A DNA stretch of 64,000 nucleotides from Prevotella sp. (lineage in GTDB: Bacteria > Bacteroidota > Bacteroidia > Bacteroidales > Bacteroidaceae), in NCBI GenBank assembly GCA_015060555.1, contig SUYG01000013.1, forward strand, positions 9,174-73,173, given 5' to 3'. The notes beneath the pieces are model-generated. The model did no database searches, was not told where the DNA came from, and saw only the letters and a program-made list of their open reading frames with translations. Made by a program: the position numbers and the translations under genes. How positions within the stretch are numbered: the stretch's first letter is position 1; every line of letters starts with the position of its first letter. This document shows positions 1 through 9,171 of the stretch, one piece after another.

Positions 1-1012
1 GATTAATGCTCCTCGCGTGTTCCACTTCCTCCATCGCAGTGTCGAGTGTCCAACTCTCAGGGGCTTTGTCCATTGACACATGGCGGAATATCGCATTCGC
101 ACGAGAGTAATAGATGTCTTCGGGGTGTGAGGCAGCTTTCATTCCAGCCGCCCATACAGCTTCTGCTTCGTCGTAGCGACGGAGGTCTGCCAGCATTTCT
201 GCTTTCATCGTGTAGCCATTGGCTTCGGTGGGGAACAGGGTGAGGTAGTCCTCGACATAAGAGAGGTACAAGGTGGTGTCACGCGTACCCGTTAGATAAA
301 TAAAACTGTGTGCCTGAGTGGCTTCACCCGGCAGTGCTTTCTTCATTGGAATCGCCTGATAGTCCGAAGTGGCAGCGGAGAGGGCGTGCGTGTGCAGGCT
401 GTCGGCAAAAAGCGCTGAAACGGCGTAGCTGCAAGTATCCTTGGCCATAGCTGCCATCTGGAGAAGACCTATGACATCACCTGTCTCGTTCATGACGGGG
501 CATGATGTCCACTTTTCGGGAACGCGTATGGGCAGCGTGTAATAGGAATAATGTTCATTAAATGTGGAGACGTCCGTGATAGTGCTGGAAATAGCATGAC
601 TGTTGTTAGAGGAATAGGGAAGGATGAAGACCTTGGCACCCTTCTGGGAATCATCAGAAGCCAGCGTGAGCGATACCGCTTTTTTTGCAGACACTTTGAC
701 TTTCACAACATCATACAGCGAGTTGGCGCCCATGATAGATTCCACTGGCCATTCATTGCCGGAAGCATCAAAAACCGCAGCTCGCACAGCACCCTGAAAA
801 GAATGGTAGTCGGAAAGCACGATGCCGTCGGGATGGATGAAAAAGCCGTTTGTGGTGTGAAGCATCTGACCATCAGCACCATAAGTGATAATACTTAGCA
901 TCGCCTTATGAGCCTTTTTCTGCCATTTCGGAGCTTGTGCAAAGAGGGTAGTCGAAGCAACGAGGAATAAGAGCAGCAAGAAGCTGCGGTGAAGTTCAAA
1001 GTGTTTGGGCAT
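1..1012 (-). CDS. secreted chymotrypsin-fold/TPR-like protein, partial (3' end runs off the window)
   Basis: The minus-strand frame is open from the ATG at 1012 to position 1; I checked it triplet by triplet and found no in-frame stop. It is absent from the ORF track because it has no stop in the window. The N-terminus MPKHFELHRSFLLLLFLVASTTLFAQA is signal-peptide-like. GFFIHPDGIVLSDYHSF and CPVMNETGDVIGLLQ resemble the His region and a degenerate Ser region of trypsin-like peptidases. It overlaps the recN stop by 17 nt. Confidence 0.7.
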   Translation of the reverse strand, partial: MPKHFELHRSFLLLLFLVASTTLFAQAPKWQKKAHKAMLSIITYGADGQMLHTTNGFFIHPDGIVLSDYHSFQGAVRAAVFDASGNEWPVESIMGANSLYDVVKVKVSAKKAVSLTLASDDSQKGAKVFILPYSSNNSHAISSTITDVSTFNEHYSYYTLPIRVPEKWTSCPVMNETGDVIGLLQMAAMAKDTCSYAVSALFADSLHTHALSAATSDYQAIPMKKALPGEATQAHSFIYLTGTRDTTLYLSYVEDYLTLFPTEANGYTMKAEMLADLRRYDEAEAVWAAGMKAASHPEDIYYSRANAIFRHVSMDKAPESWTLDTAMEEVEHARSIN

Positions 1013-2678
1013 GAGAGAGAAGTGATTTTGCGTTCTCAATGGCGGCATCTGTCAGTTCAGCACCGCTAAGCATATGGGCGATCTCGATGATACGTTTCTC
1101 GGCATCAAGGTGTTCGATATGACTGGTAGTGCCTTCGTCATCATCAAGTTTAAAGACACGATAGTGATGGTTTCCCATCGCAGCAATCTGCGGGAGATGT
1201 GTAATGGAGATGACCTGACGACCCTCGTCGCCCATGGTTTTCATCATAGTGGCCATCCGTTCTGCAATATGTCCGCTAACGCCGGTATCTATTTCATCAA
1301 AGATGATGGTAGGCTGATGTACGGCTGTACTGATAAGTGCTTTGAGGGACAGCATGACACGGGCAATCTCACCGCCGGAGGCAATATCAGCGATGTCCTG
1401 TAGCTGACCATTCTTGTTGGCGCAGAAAAGGAAATTGACACTATCCAGACCGGTGGTTGATGGCTCAGGACGCTCGTTGATGGTGATGTGGAACTGCACG
1501 TTGGGAATTCCCAGTGGCACAAGTAATTCCTTCATCTTCTTTTCCACTTCTTGAGCCGCTTTCTTGCGGAGTCCTGTCAAGCGAGTGCCTTGCTTCATGA
1601 GGGCCCGCTTAGCCTGCGCGCTAGCATTACGTAACGCTTCTAACTGCTCGTCGCTATTGTCGATGAGAGCCAGCCTTCGTCGGAAGTCTTCGGCGAGGTC
1701 TAAAAGTTGCTGCTCGCTCTGGACATGATGTTTCTGTTGGGCGCTATAGAAGCTGCTGAGCCATTCGTTGACAACCTCCAGTCGAGCTGGATCTACGTCA
1801 ACCTGAGTGGCCTGTGTGTTGAGTTCCGATGCGATATCCTTGAGTTCAATGTGACAGTTGTTAATCCGTTCTGTCAGTTCATCGGCAGCGGGCAAGAGGG
1901 AAGCAATGCTGCTAAGCTGACGTTCTACATCGTGAAGTGTCTGCAGTACACCGCTCGTAGTGCGCTCATCACCTTGCATAAACTGTTCGGCAGTCCACAG
2001 CGCCTCGCGTATTTCCTCAGCGTGCTCAAGCATCTGCTGTTCCTGTTCCATTTCTTCCTGTTTGCCAATCTCCAGTTGAAGGTCATCCAACTGTTGTAGC
2101 TGAAAGCGCAGGTAGTCTTCATCCTCACGGCCACGAGCAAGGGATGACTCGGCATCCAGCAAAGCGCGCTGTGCTTGATGATAGGCATCAAAGAGGGAGC
2201 GATAGCTTTGCAATTCCTGCTGGTCGTGGGCAATGATGTCCACCACGTTGAGCTGGAAGTTCTCCTGACTCAACAACAGGTTCTGGTGTTGAGAATGGAT
2301 GTCAAGTAGTTGGCTGCCCAGCGTGCGGAGTTGTACAACCTGCACAGGAGTATCATTGATGAAAGCACGACTTTTACCGTTGTCGCTTAATTCTCTGCGT
2401 ATAATACAACTATGGCCATCGAAGTCTATGTCATTATCCTCAAAGAAAGACTCCATTTGATAACCTGTGAGATCGAATTCGGCTTCGATGATGCAGCGTT
2501 TTGCGCCAGACTTAATCATTCTAGCTTCAGCACGTCCGCCAAGGAGCAGACCGATAGCTCCCAGCAGGATGCTCTTGCCAGCTCCCGTCTCACCAGTGAT
2601 TACAGAGAATCCACGTTCGAACTCCATTCGGAGTTCGCTGATGAGGGCGTAATTTTGTATGATGAGGGATTGCAGCAT
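996..2678 (-). CDS. recN: DNA repair protein RecN
   Basis: 560 aa. N-terminal SMC-type Walker A ITGETGAGKSILLGAIGLLLG, a long coiled-coil middle, a C-terminal ASGGEIARVMLSLK signature and IIFDEIDTGVSG Walker B. Confidence 0.93.
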   Translation of the reverse strand: MLQSLIIQNYALISELRMEFERGFSVITGETGAGKSILLGAIGLLLGGRAEARMIKSGAKRCIIEAEFDLTGYQMESFFEDNDIDFDGHSCIIRRELSDNGKSRAFINDTPVQVVQLRTLGSQLLDIHSQHQNLLLSQENFQLNVVDIIAHDQQELQSYRSLFDAYHQAQRALLDAESSLARGREDEDYLRFQLQQLDDLQLEIGKQEEMEQEQQMLEHAEEIREALWTAEQFMQGDERTTSGVLQTLHDVERQLSSIASLLPAADELTERINNCHIELKDIASELNTQATQVDVDPARLEVVNEWLSSFYSAQQKHHVQSEQQLLDLAEDFRRRLALIDNSDEQLEALRNASAQAKRALMKQGTRLTGLRKKAAQEVEKKMKELLVPLGIPNVQFHITINERPEPSTTGLDSVNFLFCANKNGQLQDIADIASGGEIARVMLSLKALISTAVHQPTIIFDEIDTGVSGHIAERMATMMKTMGDEGRQVISITHLPQIAAMGNHHYRVFKLDDDEGTTSHIEHLDAEKRIIEIAHMLSGAELTDAAIENAKSLLSHAQTL

Positions 2679-3578
2679 TCAATTCTTGATTTTCTCCCAA
2701 TAAGTGTTCTGCGAGGGATTGATACGGAAGAGAATGTCATAGACGGCTTCGCGATCCTTGGAACTGCCCTGCCCGCTGAAGATGCTTACCAACTCATCGC
2801 GTTTGTAGTCGGTGAAGATCTGGGGGAGCATACTTAACGATTTGTTCTCATGAGCCGTCTTCAGCAGATTCAAGGCCTCGGTAATCGTAGCACGCGCAGC
2901 CTCAGCGTTATCCGCCATTTGGTCAAGACCGGTGCGGTAGTAGGTATATTGCAGTTGACGGAACGGTTCTAGCGCACCGTCGAGATAATCATTGACGATG
3001 GCATAGCGGTTCTTAGTATCGTCGAAAGCTTTCCAGCCGGCGAAGCCCAGCATCTCTGCGTTGTTGCACACGTCCTGTGCCATCTGCAACACCTGAGTTC
3101 CACCCATGGGAGACATCGCGTCCATATCCATCCCTATAAGCAGGTAGGCCCAGTAAGCAATCATTGCCGTCAGGTTGTTGTCCACCTGTTCCGGCCTCCA
3201 TTCCAGCTGGTCGAACTCTTGGAATGAAAAGTTAAAGTCCTTGTCCGTCATGCTGAACACGGTTGTCGTGTAGGATGAGTTAAAGACCGGACGTATTCCA
3301 GCCACAATCAAACTGCCTTTAAAGGAGTTGTCTGTCTCGCTGTATGTGTCTATGGTGATGTTGAAGGTACATTGTATGCGTTCGAAATCGCGGTACTTCT
3401 GATTGGTCCAAGCATGTTCGTTCAGCAGACGTGTGACCTTGTTCTCCAAAGCATCGAAGACACCCGACTTGGTGTTAGACACTTGAGTACGGTTGATGCT
3501 CACTTTTGCGTTCAGCTCCTGTGACTGAACACTCCAGCTGATGAGCCATAGCGCTATGAAGAAAAGGCCCTTTCTCAT
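2679..3578 (-). CDS. DUF4835-type protein (PorD-like, T9SS-associated family) with signal peptide
   Basis: 299 aa with signal peptide MRKGLFFIALWLISWSVQSQ. It sits between coaBC and recN, which is the usual Bacteroidales position for the DUF4835 family. Its start overlaps the coaBC stop by 4 nt and its stop abuts the recN start. The family assignment is from memory of this synteny, not from a search. Confidence 0.6.
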   Translation of the reverse strand: MRKGLFFIALWLISWSVQSQELNAKVSINRTQVSNTKSGVFDALENKVTRLLNEHAWTNQKYRDFERIQCTFNITIDTYSETDNSFKGSLIVAGIRPVFNSSYTTTVFSMTDKDFNFSFQEFDQLEWRPEQVDNNLTAMIAYWAYLLIGMDMDAMSPMGGTQVLQMAQDVCNNAEMLGFAGWKAFDDTKNRYAIVNDYLDGALEPFRQLQYTYYRTGLDQMADNAEAARATITEALNLLKTAHENKSLSMLPQIFTDYKRDELVSIFSGQGSSKDREAVYDILFRINPSQNTYWEKIKN

Positions 3579-4765
3579 AAGATACTGACGAGATGGTTGA
3601 TGATGTCGCAGGCTACCTCTTTCTTGGATTTTAGAGGGTAGGGGATCTGCGTTGTCGGCGTAACGATAGTCACTTTATTCGTGTCGTGCTGGAAACCGGC
3701 ACCTTTGTCCTGCAAGGAGTTGAGTACGATAAAGTCCAGATTCTTGCGGCGAAGTTTCTCCTGCGCATGTGGAAGTTCATTGTGAGTCTCAAGGGCAAAG
3801 CCCACAAGACGTTGGTCTTCGCGTTTCATCTCACCTAATCCTCTAGCAATGTCCGGCGTCGGTTTCAGCCTCAGTACAAGACCGTCACCTTCCCGCTTAA
3901 TCTTCGTGTCGTTGACCTGGTCTGGTGTAAAGTCGGCGACGGCAGCACAGAGGATGCCGGCATCGGTTGTCGGGAAGAGATGGCTGGCTGCCTCCCACAT
4001 CTCTTGAGCACTTTCTACGTGGGTTACGGTTATAGCCGGCAATGAGGTTGTACACTGTACGGGACCGCTGACGAGCTCTACATCAGCACCACGACGTGCA
4101 CATTCCTCAGCCAGCGCGTAACCCATCTTCCCACTGGAATAGTTGCCGATGAAGCGGACGGGGTCAATGCGCTCGTAGGTGGGTCCTGCGGTTATCAGGA
4201 TGCGACGGCCGGAAAGAGTCTTCTCGCTTTCATGAGATGGAAGATGTCCTAAGACAAATTCTGAAATCTTCTCAGGTTCTTCCATGCGACCTTTGCCAAC
4301 AAGGTGGCTGGCCAGTTCGCCGCTTGCAGGTTCGATGACGGTGACGCCGCGTTGGCGTAGCAGCTGCAGATTTTCCTGGGTGGCAGGGTGTGCCCACATA
4401 TCAAGATCCATGGCGGGAGCAATGAACACTGGTGCCTTCATCGAGAGATAGGTTGTGATGAGCATATTATCAGCAATGCCATGAGCCATCTTGCCGATGG
4501 TGGATGCCGTAGCAGGAGCAATAACCATCGCATCGGCCCACAGTCCCAAATCTACATGACTATGCCATGTACCGTCGCGCTGTGAGAAGAAGTCACTGAT
4601 GACAGGTTTTGATGTGAGCGCTGACAGGGTTATCGGGGTGATAAACTCCTTGCCTGCGGGGGTAATCACCACTTGCACTTCATGGCCTTGTTTCACGAAC
4701 TGGCGAATGAGTGTGCACGCCTTGTAGGCAGCAATGCTTCCTGTGATACCTAAGACGATGTTCAT
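3575..4765 (-). CDS. coaBC: bifunctional phosphopantothenoylcysteine decarboxylase / phosphopantothenate-cysteine ligase
   Basis: 396 aa. N-terminal flavoprotein motif GITGSIAAYK, and a C-terminal DFP/CoaB-like half (ITAGPTYERIDPVRFIGNYSSGKMG). Confidence 0.92.
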   Translation of the reverse strand: MNIVLGITGSIAAYKACTLIRQFVKQGHEVQVVITPAGKEFITPITLSALTSKPVISDFFSQRDGTWHSHVDLGLWADAMVIAPATASTIGKMAHGIADNMLITTYLSMKAPVFIAPAMDLDMWAHPATQENLQLLRQRGVTVIEPASGELASHLVGKGRMEEPEKISEFVLGHLPSHESEKTLSGRRILITAGPTYERIDPVRFIGNYSSGKMGYALAEECARRGADVELVSGPVQCTTSLPAITVTHVESAQEMWEAASHLFPTTDAGILCAAVADFTPDQVNDTKIKREGDGLVLRLKPTPDIARGLGEMKREDQRLVGFALETHNELPHAQEKLRRKNLDFIVLNSLQDKGAGFQHDTNKVTIVTPTTQIPYPLKSKKEVACDIINHLVSIL

Positions 4766-4827
4766 CCCTTAATGGTTAACCTAATGTATTATATGGTTAC
4801 TCTGCTTATACGTAATATATTTATCCG

Positions 4828-5601
4828 TTACTTGGACTTGCTGCTGAGCGCTATCTCTGTGAGAACCTGCTTGGTGTTTCGGGAGAAATCACCTTGCATA
4901 ATCCAGCTGAAGTAGCCAGGGTCGCGACGCAATACATCCTGCACGGCCATCCCTTTGTACTTGCCGAAGTTGAAGACTGGCACATGCTGGTCGTCATATA
5001 CAATTCGTCCTGCGAAATCCACGTTGTGGTCGCGACGCGAGTATTCTGCCAGGAAATCCATATTGTTCTGCAATATCTCGGGATAGTAATCGAGCTGTGC
5101 ACAAAGCACCTCATAGGTGGCTTTTGTGTCGGCCAATGCAGAATGGGCGTCTTCCAAGTTCTTGTGGCAGTAGAACTGATAGGCAGCTATGAGTGTGCGT
5201 CGCTCCAACTTGTGGTAGATATTCTGAACATCTACGCGGCGACATTTGCTAAGGTCTGCCTGATTCATTCCTGCACGCAGAAACTCTTCTGCCAACATCG
5301 GGATGTCGAAGTGGTTAGAATTGAAACCGCCTAAATCACATCCTTGCATGAACGCCCAAATGTCTGCTGCTACATCAGCAAATTTGGGACAGTCGGCCAC
5401 GTCGCTGTCATAGATGCCATGCACTTTTGATGCTTCTTCGGGGATGTGTATGCCAGGGTTAATTCTCATCACCTTGGACTCCTCGTTACCATTTGGGAAT
5501 ACTTTCAACAAGCATATCTCCACAATGCGGTCGTTAACGGTGTCGGTGCCAGTTGTCTCCAAATCGAAGAAGACGATGGGGTAATCTAATTTCAGTTTCA
5601 T
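4828..5601 (-). CDS. DEDDh 3'-5' exonuclease (DnaQ/epsilon-like)
   Basis: 257 aa. ExoI motif VFFDLETTG, an ExoII-like region FNSNHFDIPML and ExoIII HSALADT. It lies directly downstream of dnaN. Confidence 0.85.
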   Translation of the reverse strand: MKLKLDYPIVFFDLETTGTDTVNDRIVEICLLKVFPNGNEESKVMRINPGIHIPEEASKVHGIYDSDVADCPKFADVAADIWAFMQGCDLGGFNSNHFDIPMLAEEFLRAGMNQADLSKCRRVDVQNIYHKLERRTLIAAYQFYCHKNLEDAHSALADTKATYEVLCAQLDYYPEILQNNMDFLAEYSRRDHNVDFAGRIVYDDQHVPVFNFGKYKGMAVQDVLRRDPGYFSWIMQGDFSRNTKQVLTEIALSSKSK

Positions 5602-5604
5602 ACA

Positions 5605-6729
5605 TTAGTCATTAAGCATCATGGGCATCAGCAGCATCAGGATTTCTTCACCTTCCTTTTGCTCGGAGGGTGTGATGATGCCGGCACGTCCAGGATCAGC
5701 CAACTCGAAGCAAATCTCGTTGCCTTCGAGATTGCCCAAGATATCTAACAGCAATGTGCCTTTGAAACCGATGTTCATGGCAGGTGCGTCATACTCGCAA
5801 ATCAGGCGTTCCTCAGCCGATGTGGAGAAATCGATATCTTTACCGCTAACCGTGAGCATATCCTTCTTGAACGCCAACTTAACCTGAGCACTGCTTTGGC
5901 TGCTGAACACCAATACGCGCTTGAGTGTAGATATGAGTGCGGCACGGTCAATGGTGGCCTTATAGGGATTGTTCTGCGGAATCACACTGTTGTAATTGGG
6001 GTAGCGGCCATCGATGAGACGGCAGGTGAGAGTGAAGTCGGGAGTCTCCACGCGTGCTAATTTGTCATTAAAGGCCAAAGTCGCAATGGCATCGCTTTTC
6101 TGCAAGAGACTTTTTAGGATGTTCGCCGGCTTCTTGGGCAGTATGAATCCAATCTGCTGCTCGCTCGTAATGGAGAAATCCTTCTTACGAACAAGTTTAC
6201 GGCCATCAGTGCCCACGAAGACCAAACACTCTGGCGTGAAATCAAAGTAGATACCAGTCATTACAGGACGAATCTCATCATCGGCCGTAGCGAAGATGCT
6301 CTGGTTGATGCCGTTAAGAAGCACATTCTGGCGCAGCTCAAAGTGTTGAACATCGGTGTCAACGCTGTGGGGCGAGGGATATTCGTCGGCACGCTCGCCG
6401 ATAATCTTAAAAGTACCATTCTGGTAGGTGCCAACGACTTCCATACTGTCAAGATTCACGTCCAGCGTGATGGGCTGATCTGAGATTTCCTTGAGGGAGT
6501 CTTGGATGGTCTTGGCCTTGATGCAGAAGCGGGCGTTGGAGTCACTCTCAATTAGCTCCACGCTGGTGATAAGCGTTGTCTCGCTGTCTGAGGCTGTGAT
6601 AGACATTTTTTGTCCATCGACATCGAACAGATAGCAGTCCAGAATGGAGAGAGAGTTCTTGCTGTTGAGCACTCGGTTGATAGAGGTGAGGCGGCTGAAC
6701 AGGGCCGCGCTGGAAACTTTAATCTTCAT
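5605..6729 (-). CDS. dnaN: DNA polymerase III beta sliding clamp
   Basis: 374 aa. Three-domain clamp length and typical N-terminus MKIKVSSAALFSRLTSINRVL...LDCYLF. Confidence 0.92.
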   Translation of the reverse strand: MKIKVSSAALFSRLTSINRVLNSKNSLSILDCYLFDVDGQKMSITASDSETTLITSVELIESDSNARFCIKAKTIQDSLKEISDQPITLDVNLDSMEVVGTYQNGTFKIIGERADEYPSPHSVDTDVQHFELRQNVLLNGINQSIFATADDEIRPVMTGIYFDFTPECLVFVGTDGRKLVRKKDFSITSEQQIGFILPKKPANILKSLLQKSDAIATLAFNDKLARVETPDFTLTCRLIDGRYPNYNSVIPQNNPYKATIDRAALISTLKRVLVFSSQSSAQVKLAFKKDMLTVSGKDIDFSTSAEERLICEYDAPAMNIGFKGTLLLDILGNLEGNEICFELADPGRAGIITPSEQKEGEEILMLLMPMMLND

Positions 6730-6792
6730 GTGATGATGATATGATTGTTATTTTATGAGTCGAATCAGAGCGTCTTGCATTATAAAACCGAG

Positions 6793-6800
6793 CAAAATTA
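6793..6800 (-). promoter_or_regulatory. candidate Bacteroidetes -7 box (TAATTTTG) for dnaN
   Basis: The reverse complement of caaaatta matches TAnnTTTG, about 60 nt upstream of the dnaN ATG. Confidence 0.4.
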
Positions 6801-6864
6801 GGAACTTTTGTTCGAATAGGCAAAAAAAACAGCCAAAAATTAGCAAAACTCGCGGAGAAATGGC

Positions 6865-6872
6865 TATATTTG
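6865..6872 (+). promoter_or_regulatory. candidate -7 box (TATATTTG) for the DUF3127 gene
   Basis: TAnnTTTG match about 78 nt upstream of the ATG at 6950. Confidence 0.4.
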
Positions 6873-6949
6873 CAACGCTTTTCAACGAAAGCATCCTTTT
6901 TGACGTAGCATTTCATCAATTAATCATCTTCATAAACCCATTTTTTCAC

Positions 6950-7396
6950 ATGGAATTATCTGGTAAAATTATCATGGTCCTCCCTGAGCGCGGAGGTGTT
7001 TCACAGCGCTCCGGCAGTGAGTGGAAGGTAGCTTCCTATATCTTGGAAACGATGGAGCAGTACCCCAAGAAGTGTTACTTTGAAGTCTTCGGAACTGACC
7101 GCATTGCCAACTTTAACATTCAAGTAGGTCAGATGCTCACTGTAAGTCTTGATATTGATGCTCATGAGTTCAATGGTCGTTGGTACAACCAAATCCGTGC
7201 ATGGAAGGTCGTGCCTTACGATCCCAATGCCATAGCAGCTCCAGCTGACGCCAGCGCCGCCTTTGCCGGTCAGTCGCCCTTCCCGCCTGCGCCCACGGCT
7301 GAACAAGCAGCTCCTGTTGCAAGTGCGGCTCCCGCTGCTCCCGCTGCTCCCGCACCTGCTTTCACCGGTGATAGCACTGACGACCTGCCGTTCTAA
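6950..7396 (+). CDS. DUF3127-type small protein with Ala/Pro-rich acidic tail
   Basis: I use the internal start MELSGKIIMVLPERGGVSQRSGSEWKVASYILE rather than the track start at 6755, because the upstream part runs through the promoter region. The OB-like N-terminal domain and the low-complexity tail ending DDLPF are typical of DUF3127. Confidence 0.7.
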   Translation: MELSGKIIMVLPERGGVSQRSGSEWKVASYILETMEQYPKKCYFEVFGTDRIANFNIQVGQMLTVSLDIDAHEFNGRWYNQIRAWKVVPYDPNAIAAPADASAAFAGQSPFPPAPTAEQAAPVASAAPAAPAAPAPAFTGDSTDDLPF

Positions 7397-7446
7397 TAAC
7401 TGATACCTTAATTATATTGACAGGAGGCCTGCTGCATGCGGGCCTC

Positions 7447-7977
7447 CTATCGTTTCCTTTCTGCTGTCGTTTCTTCGTCCGAGCAGCCTGCGGTGCGTAG
7501 AATCATGGTTGTGGCACCGATGGTGATGATAGTGCCGTCCTCAATGCGCAGTCGTTCGTTGTCGCGCAGAATGGTATTGCTCACAAAAGTACCTGTGCCA
7601 TCAGGTGTAGCATCACGAATTGTGTAAATAAATTGTCCAGTGCGGTTGCGGCTAACATTGATAATACAATGTGTGGTATCAACGCTTGGATCTGTGGTCT
7701 CGATGGGAAGATTGATGTCACAGCCTTTCACATAACGGCCAATGACGTTGTCGCCTAAACCGAGAGGGAGTGTCTGTTCAAAATGGAACACGTTTTCGAT
7801 AACAAGGATTGAGCCGCAATCTACAGCCTCTTTTTCTGCTTCCTGGGAAGTACCAATGCGAATACCGAACTGCTTGCGGCAATCGGGACATTCAAAGACC
7901 AAGGTCTCTCCTTTCTTGTAGCGTGTTTCGTCGAAGGTGATGTAATGATTACATTTAGGGCAACGAACTTTCTTCAT
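7447..7977 (-). CDS. zinc-ribbon plus FHA domain protein
   Basis: 176 aa. N-terminal CPKCN...CPDC zinc ribbon. C-terminal FHA-like pattern: IGRY..., THCIINVS, DGTGTFVSN, EDGTIITIG. The start overlaps the upstream gene's stop by 4 nt. Confidence 0.7.
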   Translation of the reverse strand: MKKVRCPKCNHYITFDETRYKKGETLVFECPDCRKQFGIRIGTSQEAEKEAVDCGSILVIENVFHFEQTLPLGLGDNVIGRYVKGCDINLPIETTDPSVDTTHCIINVSRNRTGQFIYTIRDATPDGTGTFVSNTILRDNERLRIEDGTIITIGATTMILRTAGCSDEETTAERKR

Positions 7978-8972
7978 AGCTTCATAACCCAGCTGGATGC
8001 GAACTCCTTACCTTCGTGGTGCAGCAATGCGTTGCGGTTATAGGCCTCTGTCTCGTCGGCATATCCACCAAGGACTACACGCAGCATCTTTCCATTGTCA
8101 AAAATTTCTGCGTTCTCATAGCCGCGGAGCTGCAGATCGGCCACATAGCGTTCGGCGTTCTTGATGCTGACATTACTTGCAACAACGATGGCATACTTAG
8201 CCTGGGCAGATGCCGGTTTGGCGGCTACAGTCTCAGCCTTCACAGCCTGCTCCACTATGGGTGCCTGTATAGCAGTCTTTGTGGTTCCCGTTGGTGTGAT
8301 GACAGTCATCTTCGCGGGGGCTTCCTTTACGTTCTCCACAGGTGGGATCATGGAAGCCTGCTGTGTAAGCCGCTTGTGATGAGTACGGATGGGCGGTGCA
8401 AAAAGGACGCATAGCAGGACAACTGCAGCAACAGTAGAAACATAGCGCAAAGAACGACGGCTGATGCGAATGACAATGTGCTTGTCGGTATCGGTAAAGC
8501 CTTCAGATGCTGTCTTGTGCTTGTCAGCGAGTTTGTCGCGGCGCTGTAATGTTGTAAGCTTAGACATTGAGAAGGCATCCAAACCGTAATAATCCGGTGT
8601 GGTGATGCCGGCTTGACATGCCGAAAAAGTCATTTTCCCGTCTTCATCCTGTGTGAAGATGCCGATGGTACCAAAGTCCGTCTGACCGTCAGCCAGCAAC
8701 TGCTGGCGTAGTTGCAAAACCATCGCCTGAATCAAGCGCTTGGCGTCGGGGATAGGACATTGATGTACGGCTCTCACGACATCCACCAAAAGGCCATCGT
8801 CCTCAGTCAATGCAGGATTGAATCTCACAACGCGTCTGGGAGGGAAGAAAAGTTCTTCACTTTCTGCTCGCTGGGCGTTGCTGGAATGTGTTACGAAAGC
8901 ACCAAATTGTGGCACTATCACGCAATTATGCGTGAGCAACAAATACTCAATATGTTGAGATAGGCTGTTCAT
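7974..8972 (-). CDS. HU-like (HU-CCDC81 type) N-terminal domain / SPOR C-terminal domain protein
   Basis: 332 aa. N-terminus IEYLLLTHNCVIVPQFGAFV, a central TM segment VSTVAAVVLLCVLFAPP, and a C-terminal SPOR-like region KYAIVVASNVSIKNAERYVADLQLRGYENAEIF...VVLGGYADETEA. Confidence 0.7.
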   Translation of the reverse strand: MNSLSQHIEYLLLTHNCVIVPQFGAFVTHSSNAQRAESEELFFPPRRVVRFNPALTEDDGLLVDVVRAVHQCPIPDAKRLIQAMVLQLRQQLLADGQTDFGTIGIFTQDEDGKMTFSACQAGITTPDYYGLDAFSMSKLTTLQRRDKLADKHKTASEGFTDTDKHIVIRISRRSLRYVSTVAAVVLLCVLFAPPIRTHHKRLTQQASMIPPVENVKEAPAKMTVITPTGTTKTAIQAPIVEQAVKAETVAAKPASAQAKYAIVVASNVSIKNAERYVADLQLRGYENAEIFDNGKMLRVVLGGYADETEAYNRNALLHHEGKEFASSWVMKL

Positions 8973-9068
8973 CGCTGCAAAGGTATGACATTCTTTTCAA
9001 ATATCCATATTATTTTAAAAAAAATATCATTATTTTCTTGAACTTTTGTCTTTTTTACATTTCTTGTA

Positions 9069-9076
9069 TATCTTTG
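9069..9076 (+). promoter_or_regulatory. candidate -7 box (TATCTTTG) for the addA-like operon
   Basis: TAnnTTTG match about 95 nt upstream of the ATG at 9172, with a TTTG about 20 nt further upstream. Confidence 0.45.
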
Positions 9077-9171
9077 CAGCCAATTGACCACTTTGTAGTT
9101 TCCTCACGCTTGAGTTGCATTGCGCTCTTGAAAAGATAACGTTGTAATCCCAATAAAATAATACCAATCAT

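Noticed and set aside
46-898. Plus-strand ORFs 46-243 and 551-898 at the window start
   Set aside because: The minus strand carries an uninterrupted frame from 1012 to the window edge, with a signal peptide and peptidase-like motifs. The plus-strand ORFs are its shadows.
6755-6949. N-terminal extension of the DUF3127 ORF in the track
   Set aside because: The extension runs through the divergent dnaN/DUF3127 promoter region, including the TATATTTG box, and is basic low-complexity sequence. The internal ATG at 6950 gives the canonical family N-terminus.
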